Of a stretch of DNA of 57,788 nucleotides, positions 13,367 to 27,153 are shown in pieces. The first letter of the stretch is position 1. Each line of letters opens with the position of its first letter. Source of the DNA: Octopus bimaculoides (lineage: Eukaryota); contig NC_068993.1 of the NCBI RefSeq assembly GCF_001194135.2, forward strand, positions 45,895,267 to 45,953,054, given 5' to 3'. The position numbers and the translations under genes were made by a program. The notes beneath the pieces are model-generated. The model saw nothing but the letters and a program-made list of their open reading frames with translations. It was not told where the DNA came from and did no database searches.

Positions 13367-13554
13367 TGTATTTACGTGTATATATGTATATATGTGTATG
13401 TATGTATATTTATATATAAAATTATTTATATGATATATATTTTTCTTCATATTCCAATAGAGTGAACAAAATCGGATATTTAATACATTACAATTCTAGA
13501 TCAAAATCTGACATCTGAATGTCAAACAACCTTCGGATAGGAGTATGAAATAGG

Positions 13555-13895
<341 letters not shown>

Positions 13896-14458
13896 TATTG
13901 TCTTCTAAAGATTATCTCTGAAAGTATTCAAACTACCAAGTTTTCGGTTTTGTAGTGGTAATAGTTTCAGGCATGCAAAGAAAAACATTAAATAAATATT
14001 TATAACTGTCAGATATTCCGTCCCCATTGGGAAGAAGAAAGACGAAGATGATGATGGTTAAATTTGAACACGTAGGCTATACACGAATAAAATCGATAAT
14101 ACCAGGTAATTATTTTGACACACTAGTATTTCTGGTACTCTCGTGATATTGCCATTTTCATGCTCTAAGAATGATTCCGACTACTGTCCCAATGTCATAT
14201 ACTTTATAAACTGTATAGTCCATTGAATCAATACTTTCACACGACTTCACAATTTACTGAATCTGATGGCAGTATAAATCTACTGAACTCCAGTGGATGT
14301 TGGGTCGCCCCATCTACACATGTCTCAACCTAAGACCAGCTAAACATAATTCTATATACACATATAATCAGACTCGACACTCATAATGCTCTTATGTGCA
14401 ATTCTATCATTCTTTTAATTTGTTATTCTAGCCATTCTGGTATACACATTCCAAGGAT

Positions 14459-14460
<2 letters not shown>

Positions 14461-14501
<41 letters not shown>

Positions 14502-14696
14502 TTTCTCTCTCTCCCTTTCACTCTCTCTCTCTCTACCTGAGTGGCCCTATCCTCTTATGAAAGACACTGGTGTAACCCCATGTCAATTTTAATCGAGAAG
14601 TCTGGTGTAACCCCAAGTCAATTTTAATCGAGAAGACCTTAGACGAACTGTCTCTCTCTCTCTGTCTCTCTTTGTCTCTCTGGTTCTGTTTCTCCT

Positions 14697-14728
<32 letters not shown>

Positions 14729-14740
14729 TCTCTCTCCCTC
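14461..14740. repeat. (CT)n tract interrupted by a ~115-bp island containing a 35-bp tandem duplication
   Basis: ctggtgtaacccca(t/a)gtcaattttaatcgagaag occurs at 14567 and 14602. Confidence 0.9.
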
Positions 14741-16979
14741 TCACTTATCATTTGCGTATATCCAAAACTATATTGTCAATTCTATCTTTTCTCAGACGTG
14801 ATTGGGAGTGGTTTCTGGGAAAATTGTTATTTCGATGATATTAATCGAGCATGTACTTCCGCTCTGCACTGGAATGGGTAAATGGAATAGAATAGAAATG
14901 AATGTGTCGTGAGTCTCGCATTGTAACTTGGCCTCGCGTATTGTTAGAATACTAGTACCGTTAGAATAATAGCATTTCCATAATACTAGCAGTGGAAAGA
15001 CTGCTCAAACTAGCTGAAACAGTAGCTAAATCTGCCTTCAGTGACAACTTTCAATCTTAAAAAGGAATACATTAGATAATGTAACATAGGCGTCCCTGAA
15101 AGCAAGTGGACAATCTATGATCGTAGGCCAACTCATCTACCATCGGATAACAACAGCAAAAATAATAATGACAAGAACAACAACAATACAACAATGTATA
15201 TGTAATAGACTAATTATATTGCAATAGTTAATTACATGTTAAATTCACAAAACGAAAAGTATCTACCGCAATGTAGATATCTTCTGCTTTTAAAGAGTTC
15301 GCATAGTTTCAAATAATATGATAACTACCAGAAGTTGTTTGCAAGAAACAATTCTGAATTTTTGTCTGTAAGTTCGACTAACTCATATTACATGTATGTA
15401 GTGTTGCTTGAGTCGCTAGAACCAGCTGCCAAGTTACTTCAAAGCATGATGTCATACAAGGAGTTACGGGATACTGCACTTGTGGATATATTTAAAAGGC
15501 CTGAAGATCATTATTGGATCATCTTCAGTCAGATTTCAAGTGACAGGATTTATGCGGAACTAAGTAGCAACAGTAACTAACGGTTATTTTGTCAGCCACA
15601 GAACAAAAGGGAAAATCCAAAATAGTACGATTTGAACTAAAAACGTAGAGGGACATACTTAAATACCTGAGTGACTCAGGTAACTGTTAAATTCTTAGAT
15701 GTACAACTATACAGGATGCGTTGCGGCGTGTTCAGTTAAGTCTATACACTGAAATACCTGTCATATTGAAGTTTAGAGGTAAAATATGAAACAGCAATGT
15801 AATATGATCTTTGTCGATTCATTCCAGAACATGTATAGAAAGTGAATTGAGTTCACTGGCTTAGAACAAAACTATGTATGATATTAATGCTTCTCCCGTT
15901 TATAATCTTACATTGTAGACTCTTCGTTATTAAAGGGCGCTTAATTCAGCTCATGTCTTTTCCTCAAGTTGTTTCAATAAACAAGGTGACCTCTAGATCG
16001 TCCCTCTACATTTTAGAAATATCAGGGAAATCTACTTCACATTTTAAAAACAGAAAGGTTACATTATATAATGAAGCCCGGATATCCAATTTTTTAATTT
16101 GTACTCGGTTACATTTCCCGTGGATTAGACAAAATTGAAACAAATCACATATGCCTCTTAGGTTTGAGAGTAGCTTGCTTTATTATTATTATTTTTTTTT
16201 TTTTTTGCTTTTTTTTAGTACAACGAAATCACAAATAATATTCAATTAATAGTTACATTAGAAGTATTGCCTGAATAAAAAAAAAACACAATATAAAATA
16301 AGAGCCTTCTCGAAAGTAAAGACCTTTAAGTAATTTAATAGAAAAATACTTACGAATAGCCTTCGTGAAGTACTTCAAATAAATGTAATTTTTCTCTTGT
16401 TTTGAGAATGGTTATTTCGACGAAAACCCGAAACAAGAACAAATATAAAGTTAGCCAGATTCCAGGATATGAGTAGCAGCATGATTCTGTAATAGATATA
16501 ATCTTTCTTTAAATAATAAATCCTGATATAAGGAACCAAAAGAAATTTTTACTTTGAAGTATTACTACAGGTTCTAAGTGCATGTATGTTTAAACTTTTC
16601 TTACGTCAAATGCCTACATGTACTTCGTGGTCTCTTCCTCAAATTTCTTTTCATTTTATTTGGAAGAAATTTGCTCGCGGGAGCAGAAGGGAAGAAACAA
16701 ACGAAATGCTAAACTATTAAATGAGAATTATATTTACACAGCGCTGGAGTAAATGTTTAAATTCTTATAATTCACGTTCGTTGTTTTCTTCAATAATATA
16801 TTCTGTATTTTATTCACAGTCTTGATAAACGCAAGAGAGATAGATAGGGAGAGAGTATGAGAGTATGTGAGTGAGTGGGAGTGAGTGACTGGGTGTATAT
16901 ATGTGTATATGGAAGAAGATTCGTTAAGCAAGGACTGAGATGCAGTGCTAGAAATGGTTCTTACTATTCTATAATATAA

Positions 16980-17065
16980 TAGCAGTTGAACACTGTGCTC
17001 GATGTAACCGACTAGCCACCTCCTCGAAAATTCCAGGCCTTGTGCCTAAAGTAGAAAGTATTCTT
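16980..17065 (+). mobile_element. SINE family A 3' fragment (tail type 2)
   Basis: cagttgaacactgtgctcgatgtaaccgactagccacctcctcgaaaattccaggccttgtgcctaaagtagaaag. Confidence 0.65.
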
Positions 17066-17081
17066 TTAGCGCATTTTTAAG

Positions 17082-17300
17082 TTGGTGAGCTGGCAGAATC
17101 GTTAGCATGCCGGACAGAATGCTTAGTAGTATTTCGTCCATTTTTACGTTCTCAGTTCAAATTCCGTCCAGGTTGACTTTGCCTATCATCATTTCGGGTT
17201 TAATGAAATAAGTACCAGTTGAGAACTAGGACCAATAAATAAAATCGACTACCCGCTTCTCACAATATTTCAAGCATTGCGCCGACAGTAAAAAGAATTA
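17082..17300 (+). mobile_element. SINE family A
   Basis: ggtgagctggcagaatcgttagcatgccggacagaatgcttag...gttcaaattccgtccaggttgactttgcctatcatc...aataagtaccagttgag. Confidence 0.85.
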
Positions 17301-17316
17301 TTTACCACATGCAAAG

Positions 17317-17530
17317 CAGGAAGCTGGCAGAATTGCTAGCATTGCGGATAAGATGCTTAGCATCATTTCTTCCTACACAATACAGTCTAAGTTCACATCC
17401 ATCGAGGTCAGCTTTGCTTTTCATACTTTCGAGGTTGTTACAATAAGTACCAGTTGAACACTGGGATCGATGTCACTGGTTTGCCCGTTCATATTTACTG
17501 CCATTGTGCCAACATTAGAAAGAATTATTT
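17317..17530 (+). mobile_element. SINE family A, older copy
   Basis: gctggcagaattgctagc...gatgcttagc...gaggtcagctttgcttttcatactttcgagg...aataagtaccagttgaacactgggatcgatg. Confidence 0.75.
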
Positions 17531-17929
17531 AGCGCATCAAGATCAATCCTTGCATTTTGACACCAAACATTCAACCTATGACCAACAAGTGGTTTCAAGT
17601 AAGCATCATGCAACGTATCCTTACGTTCTTAAGACTGTATTTTGTGATTAGAAAATAATTTCGATGTTATTTTTAAGATGTCGAATGACAATTTAGAGGT
17701 TGCAAGTTACAACTCATCTCTCCCGTAGAATTACACGAAAACTGAATCTCTACACCAGCGTTTTTTGCACCTCTTTCCGTTCCCGCTCCTATATTTTGTC
17801 TCTGAGAGTAAAAATTAACGTGTAAGCACACAATTGTTCGACCAGCTAGAAATAGCAACCAAATCCTTTCAAATGATATTATCCAACGAGGACTCGTTGG
17901 ATAATATGGTCCTTGGGTCAGTATCTTTT

Positions 17930-18338
17930 ATCTGTTATTGTTTCAGTCATTAGACAACGGTCATGTTTCGGTACTGCTATGCAGGGTTTTGTCGAATAAA
18001 TCATCCCCAGTGCTTATTTTATATGTCTGGTAGTAATTTTAACGGTTTCTTTCCCCTAAATGCCATGCCACGGGTACATAAACAAACCGACACCGATTGT
18101 CAAGTAGTGGACATACACAAACAAATCGTCACGCACACACGCTCTCCCTCAGGACCCCGCCACACACACAAACAGGTTTCCTGACTTACAGATTCCGTCT
18201 ACCAAATTCACTCACAAGCAATCGGCGGTTCGCGGCTTTAAAGCAAGATACTTGCACAGGGTGTTGCACAGTGGAACTGAACCCCAAACTATGTGGCTGC
18301 AAAACGGAAATCTTAACCACACAGCCTTGTCTGCGCCT
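17930..18338 (-). mobile_element. SINE family B, diverged
   Basis: ttccgtctaccaaattcactcacaag...cttgcacagggtgttgcacagtggaactgaacccc...ttaaccacacagccttgtctgcgcc, with the 3' part tgtttcagtcatt...gtcgaataaatcatccccagtgcttatt. Confidence 0.75.
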
Positions 18339-18966
18339 ATATTAAGTTTATGCAGGATACAAAACAAAAACAAAAACAGCAGATTATCGGATCTGTAATA
18401 TTGTTGATCATATATTTGTTCTTACAGTTGTGTTGACTTGGGGCGAACAACAAGAACAACGATACCGACAACAACAATACTTAAAACTCAAATAAATAAG
18501 AGGTAAATAAGTAAGTATTGTAGTTTCAATCAGTAAAGTCATATAAAATTGCCTCGCTGTACGGACTTTTATCTTCTCAGTTCAAATACCGATGAGAACT
18601 TGTCTTACTTTCTTCCGCATTTGATAATGAGGAAACATAAGATTAAGTACTGAAAGGAAATTGAACCAAATATATCTTCACCTACAACTTATAAATTTAA
18701 TATATTCTATTGCAAGTTATGTAGTAATGAGCACTCTATTTCGATTGATAACGTTTACGTAGATACACTTTCAGTACATTTTTGATATACAATGCTAAAA
18801 AGGTTGACTGAATCAATTCTTATAGTACGACAGTATGATCACTGACTTAGCCTGGAAGGGTGAGCAGTAAAGTTGACTTCGGCGATATTGCCATACATAC
18901 AGTGGGGAAACCGAACGAATACCTCAAAACAATACATACGACAAACTAACAGCACAGTCATGTCAC

Positions 18967-18998
<32 letters not shown>

Positions 18999-19048
18999 CA
19001 TACATACATACATACATACGTACATAATACAGGCATCTATACATACAT

Positions 19049-19095
19049 ACTATCTGACGAAAGCTGCAAACCGAAACCTTATAGTCAATAAACAC
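19049..19095 (+). ncRNA. Degenerate minimal hammerhead-like motif
   Basis: actat-CTGACGA-aagctgcaaacc-GAAAC-ctt-atagt-caataaa. Stem I (actat/atagt) and the core are intact; stems II and III are mutated. Confidence 0.35.
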
Positions 19096-19270
19096 TTCCC
19101 TTGCAAAAGAATAACAGATCTGTACTCTGCAAATAATATTGAGTAATTGTGCAGTTTGATGTTAACTTGCTTTTAATATCACTCAACATTAAATCAAATA
19201 TTCACATATACATACCAATGTGCATTGTATTATATATTATACCCGTGTTGTATTATATATTATACTACCT

Positions 19271-19560
19271 TCTAGAATAAGGACGCTCTACTGTAACAGT
19301 TTGGGTTTCAATGCTCCGCAACTATTCAACATTTTAACAAACTGACTTAAAGATTTGCGAGGTGTAGATGTACAGTGTGGAGGTCTTCAAAGGACGTCAG
19401 GACAATTTTTTTTTCACCTGACATACCAAATGAATCTTCATTGCGGCAGGACATACAAAGAAGGGCAGTTCCATACAACTCGCTACTTTACCAGATTAAA
19501 ATACAGGAAAGAAATCTAATGAAGCTGAAAGGAGATGTCCTAGCATGGTATCGGTCTCTG
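19271..19560 (+). mobile_element. 3' ORF2 fragment of a CR1/L2-group LINE, decayed
   Basis: SRIRTLYCNSLGFNAPQLFNILTN*LKDLRGVDV, then after a frameshift VEVFKGRQDNF...DIPNESSLRQDIQRRAVPYNSLLYQI. This resembles the NSL...GPxLFNxLP...VDxFKxxLDxFL...PDEP...NSL C-terminal pattern of CR1/L2-group ORF2. It contains a stop and frameshifts. Confidence 0.65.
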
Positions 19561-19580
19561 GCTGAAAATAATGCAATAGA

Positions 19581-19634
<54 letters not shown>

Positions 19635-20160
19635 TAGAGAGAGAGAGAGAGAGGGGAGAGATAGGGAGGGATGCAGGGAAACAGAGAGAAGAGAAGACAC
19701 ATACAGACGCGTACGCACAAAGCAAACGTACGCGTGCACACACACACACATAACTAAATATGGTGGGGGAGTGAGATTACACTTGCTTTACTTTCACATA
19801 TGAATTAGACTTATGTAGGAGTGGTTCATATATATTTCATTCACACTATTTAACATGACAGCGGAAGTCAACAGGAGGTGTGCTGTATGTACAACTGGGT
19901 TAATCCAGGATCAAAATAAAAAGAAAATGTATTTTTCATAAATTCGATTTAGCTTTATCTATATTAGACAAAATTATTGACCTAGAAATATTGAGAATCT
20001 TATCGGAATTCGATTATTACCTTATGTGTCTTTTCACTTAAGTTGACATAGCTATATACTTAGAGATTGTATTGAGTTTCTGCTGCTGATACCGTTATTG
20101 TTGTTCTTAACTTTCTTTCTGTTGCCGTTCCTATTTGTTTTGGTTTAAAACTCAGTGTAA

Positions 20161-20370
20161 GTGAGCAGGCTGGCAGAAGCGTTAGGATCGCGTGCAATAT
20201 GCATAGGAGGTACTATTTTTCTCAGTCTTTTATGTTCTCAGTTCAAATCTTGCCAAGATCGACTTTGCCTTTCATCCTATTCGGCACGATAAAGTAAGTA
20301 ACATTTGAGTACTGGGGGTCAATGTAATCGACTATTCCACTTCCCTAAAAGTTTTGAAACCTTGAGATCA
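20161..20370 (+). mobile_element. SINE family A, diverged
   Basis: gctggcagaagcgttagg...ttatgttctcagttcaaatcttgccaagatcgactttgcctttcatcc...ctgggggtcaatgtaatcgact. Confidence 0.75.
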
Positions 20371-20428
20371 GTGTGTCTGTATGCTGCCGCCGCACCGAAC
20401 GATATGTAGATATATAGAGACGACTGTG

Positions 20429-20475
<47 letters not shown>

Positions 20476-20479
20476 ACGC

Positions 20480-22392
20480 ATTTTCGATTTAATTTCGGAT
20501 TTAGAATTCTTATAAATTATTCTTCTTTTGCCTTTCTTAGTTGTACACATTCATCGTTTAGTTTGTAAAATGCTTAAAAGCTTCCATTTGCACAGATATC
20601 TAGATGTTCACTGCATGGGACATTCCTAAGAGATGAATGCCTAAATTGTTGTTTATGCACATTTACATGCCTGGTCAGCTTCCTTCTTGTCTTCCCAATG
20701 TCGTTTTCATTGCACTGTATTCATGTGATGCCATAGATGAGGTTTGGGGTTTTGCAGCTCATGCTTTCATTCTCTTTTAATTCCTTCCCTTTCTTGAGTC
20801 TTTGATTGTCCCGTGTTCAATTAATTCACAAGTCTCAAAACGGGGGGTCTCCACAGTTGGTTATTTGCGTCGTTTCTTTTTCAAATGGGATTCTCGGCTT
20901 TGTTAGCAGTCTCTTGAGGTTAGGTGGTTGTCTTCGACTGTTGATAATTTGTGATTTTTTAATTATTCGTTGGAGATTTAGTGATTGATGAAAAATTGGG
21001 AGATATTGATTGGCATAGAGCAGGCTATTGTGACTTTTAGGACTGTGGGTGACTACAAATGGAATATTTGTATTTGCATTTTTATTATCACACTTAGTTT
21101 GAGTGTTTCTCTGTAAGATATTTCCTTTCCTTTTGATATGGCAGGTCGAATTAACTTGTTGGGATATTGTTCTTTCTAAAGGAATATATTAAGTTCTGCC
21201 AATCGTTTCTTTCGTCTAAGAGTATCTGTGACTATTGACCATATGCGCCTTGCTATATTAGATGGTATGTTCCTTTTTGTATGGGAAAGGCAGCAAGATC
21301 TAAAATATAAATATTGATGTGTTTGTTTTCTTGTAGTAGAGATACCTGTGTCATTTTCTTTAATTATAAGGATGTCAAGAAAGGGGAGTTCCTTTTAATT
21401 CATTTCAATATTGAGTTGGATTGAGACATGAATGCTATTTACTGATTTAAGAAATTTTGTAAGGTCCTCCTTGCTTCGGTTCCAAAATATAAAGCAGCCA
21501 TCTGAGAATCCTTTCCGGTTTTCCAGTTTCCTATAAGATAGGTTTGGAAGTGGTGGTCAAAAGTAATTTTGGATATGGTGTAGATTTTTTCTTCTAGATA
21601 TCCCATTACTAGTGTGGCAAATCTTGGCGCGATTTTCGTCTCCATCGCAATATCTTGTATTTGTAAATAATATTGATTATCAAAGAAGAAGTAGTTATTT
21701 TCCAGTACTATATGGAAACTTTCAAGTATAAATTCTTTTGAGAATCTCTCCTGAATTCTTTGTAGGTGTTTGTTTATCCAGAATTCTACTGCTTTTATTC
21801 CATATATATGGGGAATATTTGTGTAGATACTAGTTACAACAAAACTAACCAGAACTATCTCTTTATCTACCCGTTCGTTCTGGGATGTGTTTTAAAAAGT
21901 CCATGTCATCTCTGATGAAACTGGGAACTAATCTGCATAAAGGCTCTAAAATTATGTCCAGCAAGTTGCCTAATCGGTGGTTGCTGGATGCTGATCCTGC
22001 GACAATCGGGTGCGATTTGAGATCAGTTGGTTTGAGAATATTTATAAATGGAGTTTGGAGGTCTCTTAAGCTGCTGTTATTCTGTTTGGATTTATGGATT
22101 TTAAGAAATCCATACAAATTACTTCACTTCAAAATTAGTGACTTAATCCATTTTCTTTTTTGTGAAGTCATCTTTGAATTTTTTGGTAAATTGGCCAATT
22201 TTGCTTATAGTCCGTTTATCAGCATTTCTGTAGAATTGCTGGTCATTGAGTTGTTCTATGACCATTTCCCTGAAATGGGTCTTGTCTATTATTACAATGG
22301 CTCCTCCTTTGTCAGCTTCTTTAATGACTATAAATGAATCTTCTTGTAAACATTATAAAGCGTTTTGTTCCTCATCTGTAATATTTTGTTGT
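20480..22392 (-). mobile_element. Penelope-like retroelement relic (RT + GIY-YIG), pseudogenised
   Basis: Minus-strand motifs occur in the expected order: IVIKEADKGGAIVIIDK; YGFLKIHK...PIVAGSASSNHRLGNLLDIILEPLC..VPSFIRDDMDFL; METKIAPRFATLVMGYLEEK; FSDGCFIFW (catalytic DD degenerate); KELPFLDILI; NLIYGIT*IQCNENDIGKT (GIY-YIG); CSEHLDIC; KEE*FIRILNPKLNRK. Multiple stops and frameshifts. Confidence 0.9.
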
Positions 22393-24689
22393 ACAAGGTT
22401 ACATATATATGTGTGTGTGCGTGTGAGTGTGCGTGTGTGTGCGCACGCGCGTACGCGCGGGCGTACATATATATGTTTGTCTCGTTGCATGCGTATGTAT
22501 GTGCGTGTGTATCTGTATGTATGATTGATTTCAAGCTTAGAATGGCGCAGCCGTTTCTTAAGTTCCGTTGTTTCACTTCTACAGGCGATTCGTGAAATCT
22601 TGTGTTGTGTTTTATTTCAAGATGCTAATCTACACTCGTGATGCTTGTCACCTACTAAACCACGCCTAATCGTAAAACAACACGTCTGGTTTAGAATCTA
22701 TGTATACATAGAAGTAACTATGGACACACATATAAACTAGTGGTAAAATAAATAAATTTTGCATGTCTGAGGCTGAGAAGCATCATGACAAAAAATATAA
22801 TAAGGAATATAACATGAAGTATATGATAAAATACACAGGGTGTCAACTTCACTTAAACATTTAACATTTCTTGTCAAAATGCTGTTGTCAACTCACCGAG
22901 TTACAGTGAAACCGCGTCAGTGATAAGGTCTCAGTTGGTGCGACTGACATTTTAACATCAAATAATAAATGTTTAAGTGAAGTTTAGACTGTGTATTTTT
23001 GAATGGCTGACATGTGTCGCCCACGTTACAATCGTTTTAGTTTCAGCACAAAATTTTAGATGAAATCATTGGCAAGTATATTTCTGAAATATATGTGTTT
23101 ATAAAAATTTATGAGATTAAATGTCTTGGGGGTTTTCTCCTACGTCTTATGATATTTAGATATATAGAGGCAACTACGCGCTTACACAAACACACACGCA
23201 CACAAATACAAACACACACATACAAATACAAACACGCACACATAAACGTGCACGACCCCGCACATACCTCTTGCTAACTACGTCTTACGTTTCTCAGAAA
23301 ACATAGTTAATTTACTTTGAACTTTAATATCGGTGCACGATTTTAACTCCCATTGAAAATCATAGAACTGACAACAAATCTTGAACACGACGTCCGATTG
23401 TCGCAGTTCCTCAAACTTATTTCTCCAGCTTATATGTTCTGCGTTAAGGAACTATAATATACGTTTAAGGATCTTTTCTGTTTGGCTGCCACTTTTGAAT
23501 TTCTTCAATTTTTGTTCCAATTGATTTGGATTTCATATTTGGCGTATTGGTGTAGTTTTGTCATGTAATCGTTGACATAAAATTAAAAAAATAGCTTTTA
23601 AAGTTTGAATATTTGGGGTAATTTTAGTCCATCGAATGTCACAGACATATAGGTTTCAGTTTCCATAGTAACAAGCCAAGCTATCACCGAGTTGATTACT
23701 CACGCGGTCATTTTTCGCTTATTAAATGCTGAACGAAATGTGTTAAAATAATAGATAAATAGACCTTAAATCACGCACCAAATTATTATTTCTTTTCGTT
23801 TTTGCATAATCATATAAAGTCAAATGTGTAGAATAGTAATTCGCAAAAAGTTACTAAAAATTTGAAAACATAAAAATGTTACGAAGGATTACATGCATAA
23901 AGACGAATTCAGTCAATATTTCATTTGTTTACAGGTGACAACACGTGCTTTTACGCACAAAATGACGGCTTCCAAATCATGTTTTCTGACTGGGTAAAAA
24001 TTATCAAATTTTAAACTTCTGTGACTTTGAAAAACACTTGTTCTGGGAAAAGGGAATTTCTTGGGTGTGTGTTTCCATGTGTATGAATGTGTGTGTATGT
24101 ATGTTTTGTAAGTTTTAAAGGAAGAAAGAAAGAAGGAAAGACAGGAAGAAAGGAAGGTATAATTTTCTGGAATGACTGAAATTGATGACAGTTCACAGAG
24201 GGCCATTTGTTTTTTTTTTATCAATTGCAATAAATTTCTATTAGTTCTGTGTGACTGTATGTGTGCATGTGTGTATCTGTGTGTTTAAGCTTATGCGTAT
24301 GGGTACTGTGTGTGTGACAGCGGGTTTGTGTATTGAGTGTTAGTTGTTTAAGCGAATTTTTCCCCTTATTTTATTAACAATGATGAGAACATTATCTATA
24401 ATATGATATCCAGTGGTGTAATCCTGTTTGGTTTCGTCTGGGACAGTAATGTTTTAAGATACGTTCTCATTTTTATAAGTATATTTGTTACACATTCAAT
24501 TTTGGTTAAATCCTTTATGGGAAGTGTAGTTCCAAATTTTCCCAGTTATTTTAATAACAGTATTGAGAATATCATTTATAATAATATGCCGTGGTAATCA
24601 GATTTGGTTCAATCGTTTATAATAAGAATATTTCTATGCTTTTATACATTTTTTTATACATTTAATTTAAGTAAAAAGAATAAAACAAA

Positions 24690-25665
24690 ATGAACTTCCA
24701 TTGACTTCCGGTACTTTGGACCATCTCTTGGACATTTATAGAAAACAAAGATCTTGAATCTGCTGTTTCCGATTGCTCAGCAGAATCTTACATAATTCTT
24801 TTTGTGTTATGTGCTGTTTATGGATTCTTGCACCTTGGCATGTTACGCAATATATCAGTTTCTAGATATTGCACTTTATATTTGCATTTATTTGTAAGGA
24901 GAATCCACTTTAAATTTTATCTGGAAACCAGTATCCAGATGTTTTAATCTGTTATTGTTGTTGTTGTTACATTTTCCACTTTTATTTTCTCCACAGTCCT
25001 TCACGAAGGATCCCGGATTATCCTCCTATAGAATAGTATTTTCTTTAATTCGTTTTCTAGTTGTCCTCAGTGGTATGGTGTCTAGTTTCATTGCTTTTAT
25101 AATTCCATTATTTATTATTTTTAAGAGATAATTCTGTTTCATTTAGGAAGCCCTTAAGTTCATTGTGTCGAATTTAAAATATTTTTGGGCCAACCACAAT
25201 TGCACAAATTCGTCCTGCCATACTATAAGGAATGTTCCGTGTGATGTGTGGACGGCAAAAGTAAAGTTTCATATATTGGTGAAAATAGTTTCATTTTCTA
25301 AAATATATATATGTTGGTAAAGTGAAGTTGAATATGTTTACGTGAATGTCTAAAAATATTAAGTCATTATGGCTGGTTTCCGTCGAGCATTTGATAGATG
25401 AGTGAAAGGTGTTCAGAATAATATTGAATATTTGTACATTATCATTTAATTTCTCTCAAAACATAAAACAGTCATCGAAGAAGCGCTTCGTCAAAAGTTT
25501 TCTCTACATCCTCGTGTAGTTTTTCTTCTAAAAATTCTATCACTAAATTTTCCCGCCATACATTGCCTTTTATTTGTCGATATGGCTTATCATCAGAAGT
25601 AAAGATGTTTTCCTCTACTACGAAGCGTGTGGCCTTGGTAATGAAGTCCGTTTGGAAACTTTCGT
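24690..25665 (-). mobile_element. Second, more decayed Penelope-like relic (RT 3' half + GIY-YIG)
   Basis: [20 protein letters not shown]...LVIEFLEEKLH (RT). Downstream, ctgatatattgcgtaacatgccaagg = LIYCVTCQG (GIY-YIG). Confidence 0.7.
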
Positions 25666-26456
25666 TTACACACACAGACACAGACACACACACACACACA
25701 CACGGCCACACATACACATACAGCGACACGCACACATGCACTCACAAACACACACACACACATACACACACACACACACACACACAAACACACAGATGCA
25801 AACGCGCGCACACGTACACACACTAAAACATGAACCACGTTTCTCACATAGAACGCTGGCTGAGATATTCATCTAAGTGTCTTCAGTCCCTACATTTTAT
25901 GACGTTATGTGTGTGTGTGTGTGTGTTAGTGTATGTAGTTTTATAAGTGCGTGTGCGTGCGTGTATTTGATTTATTTCCATCTATGTATATACATATATA
26001 CATATATATAATTACAGTGATAATGCATCGACCTAAAGACCAATGCATACTTCAACAATCTTAAAGAAATATATGCGTTTGCATAACCTGCATACTATAT
26101 ACAATTAAATTTAAAAAATATATTAAGCCCGATATACATTAACTACAAATCATCTATTACCTAAACTCAAATGATGCTTTTTTCTCTTCAACTAATGGCA
26201 TACATTTTAAGTGATTTTCTGAGAGTGTCGTAATTTTATGATGATTCATACCATAGGCTATACGTACAATACAGAATAAGAGACATATGTAATAAATGGA
26301 TCTGTAAATAAACAGACAAATAAATACATGTATAAGTAAATAAATTACACGAATTCAATAATAAAAGAAGAAAAGGAGGGAAAACCGTTGAAAGGATTTC
26401 ATGACACGCTTACGTGTAGGTTGCTTCAAGGCTGTTATAGAAAGAGAAAAGAAAAC

Positions 26457-26502
<46 letters not shown>

Positions 26503-26655
26503 NNNNNNNNNNNNNNNNNNNNNNNNNNNNNNNNNNNNNNNNNNNNNNNNNNNNNNNNNNNNNNNNNNNNNNNNNNNNNNNNNNNNNNNNNNNNNNNNNN
26601 NNNNNNNNNNNNNNNNNNNNNNNNNNNNNNNNNNNNNNNNNNNNNNNNNNNNNNN

Positions 26656-26692
<37 letters not shown>

Positions 26693-26711
26693 TATATATA
26701 TATACATATAT

Positions 26712-26858
26712 ACGACGGGCTTCTTTCTGTTTCCGTCTACCAAATCCACTCACAAGGCTTTGGTCGGCCCGAGGCTATAATAGAAGACACATGCCGACTG
26801 TACTCGGAGCCATGCGGTTCGTGTGCAAGCTACTTAGCACATGGCTACTGCCGCGCCT
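26712..26858 (-). mobile_element. SINE family B, 5' half with internal deletion
   Basis: acgacgggcttctttctgtttccgtctaccaaatccactcacaaggctttggtcggcccgaggctataatagaagacac...gcaagctacttagcacatggctactgccgcgcc. Confidence 0.85.
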
Positions 26859-26889
26859 CTCTCTGTATATATTGTCTATTATATATATA

Positions 26890-27122
26890 TTCATTTACTT
26901 GTTACAATCATTTGACTGCAGCCATGCTGGAGCACCGACTTTAGTCGAGAAAATCGACCCCAGGACATATTATTTGTAAACCTAGTACTTATTCTATCGG
27001 TTTCTTGTGCCCAACCGCTAGTTTACAGGGACATAAACACACCAGCATCAGTTGTGAAGCGATGCTGGGGGAGGGGACAAATACAGACACACAAGCACAC
27101 ACAGACACGCACTTTCACACTC

Positions 27123-27153
<31 letters not shown>

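Noticed and set aside
15335-15580. 81-aa ORF (…LESLEPAAKLLQSMMSYKELRDTALVDIFKRPEDHYW…)
   Set aside because: Protein-like composition but no recognisable motif or convincing splice signals.
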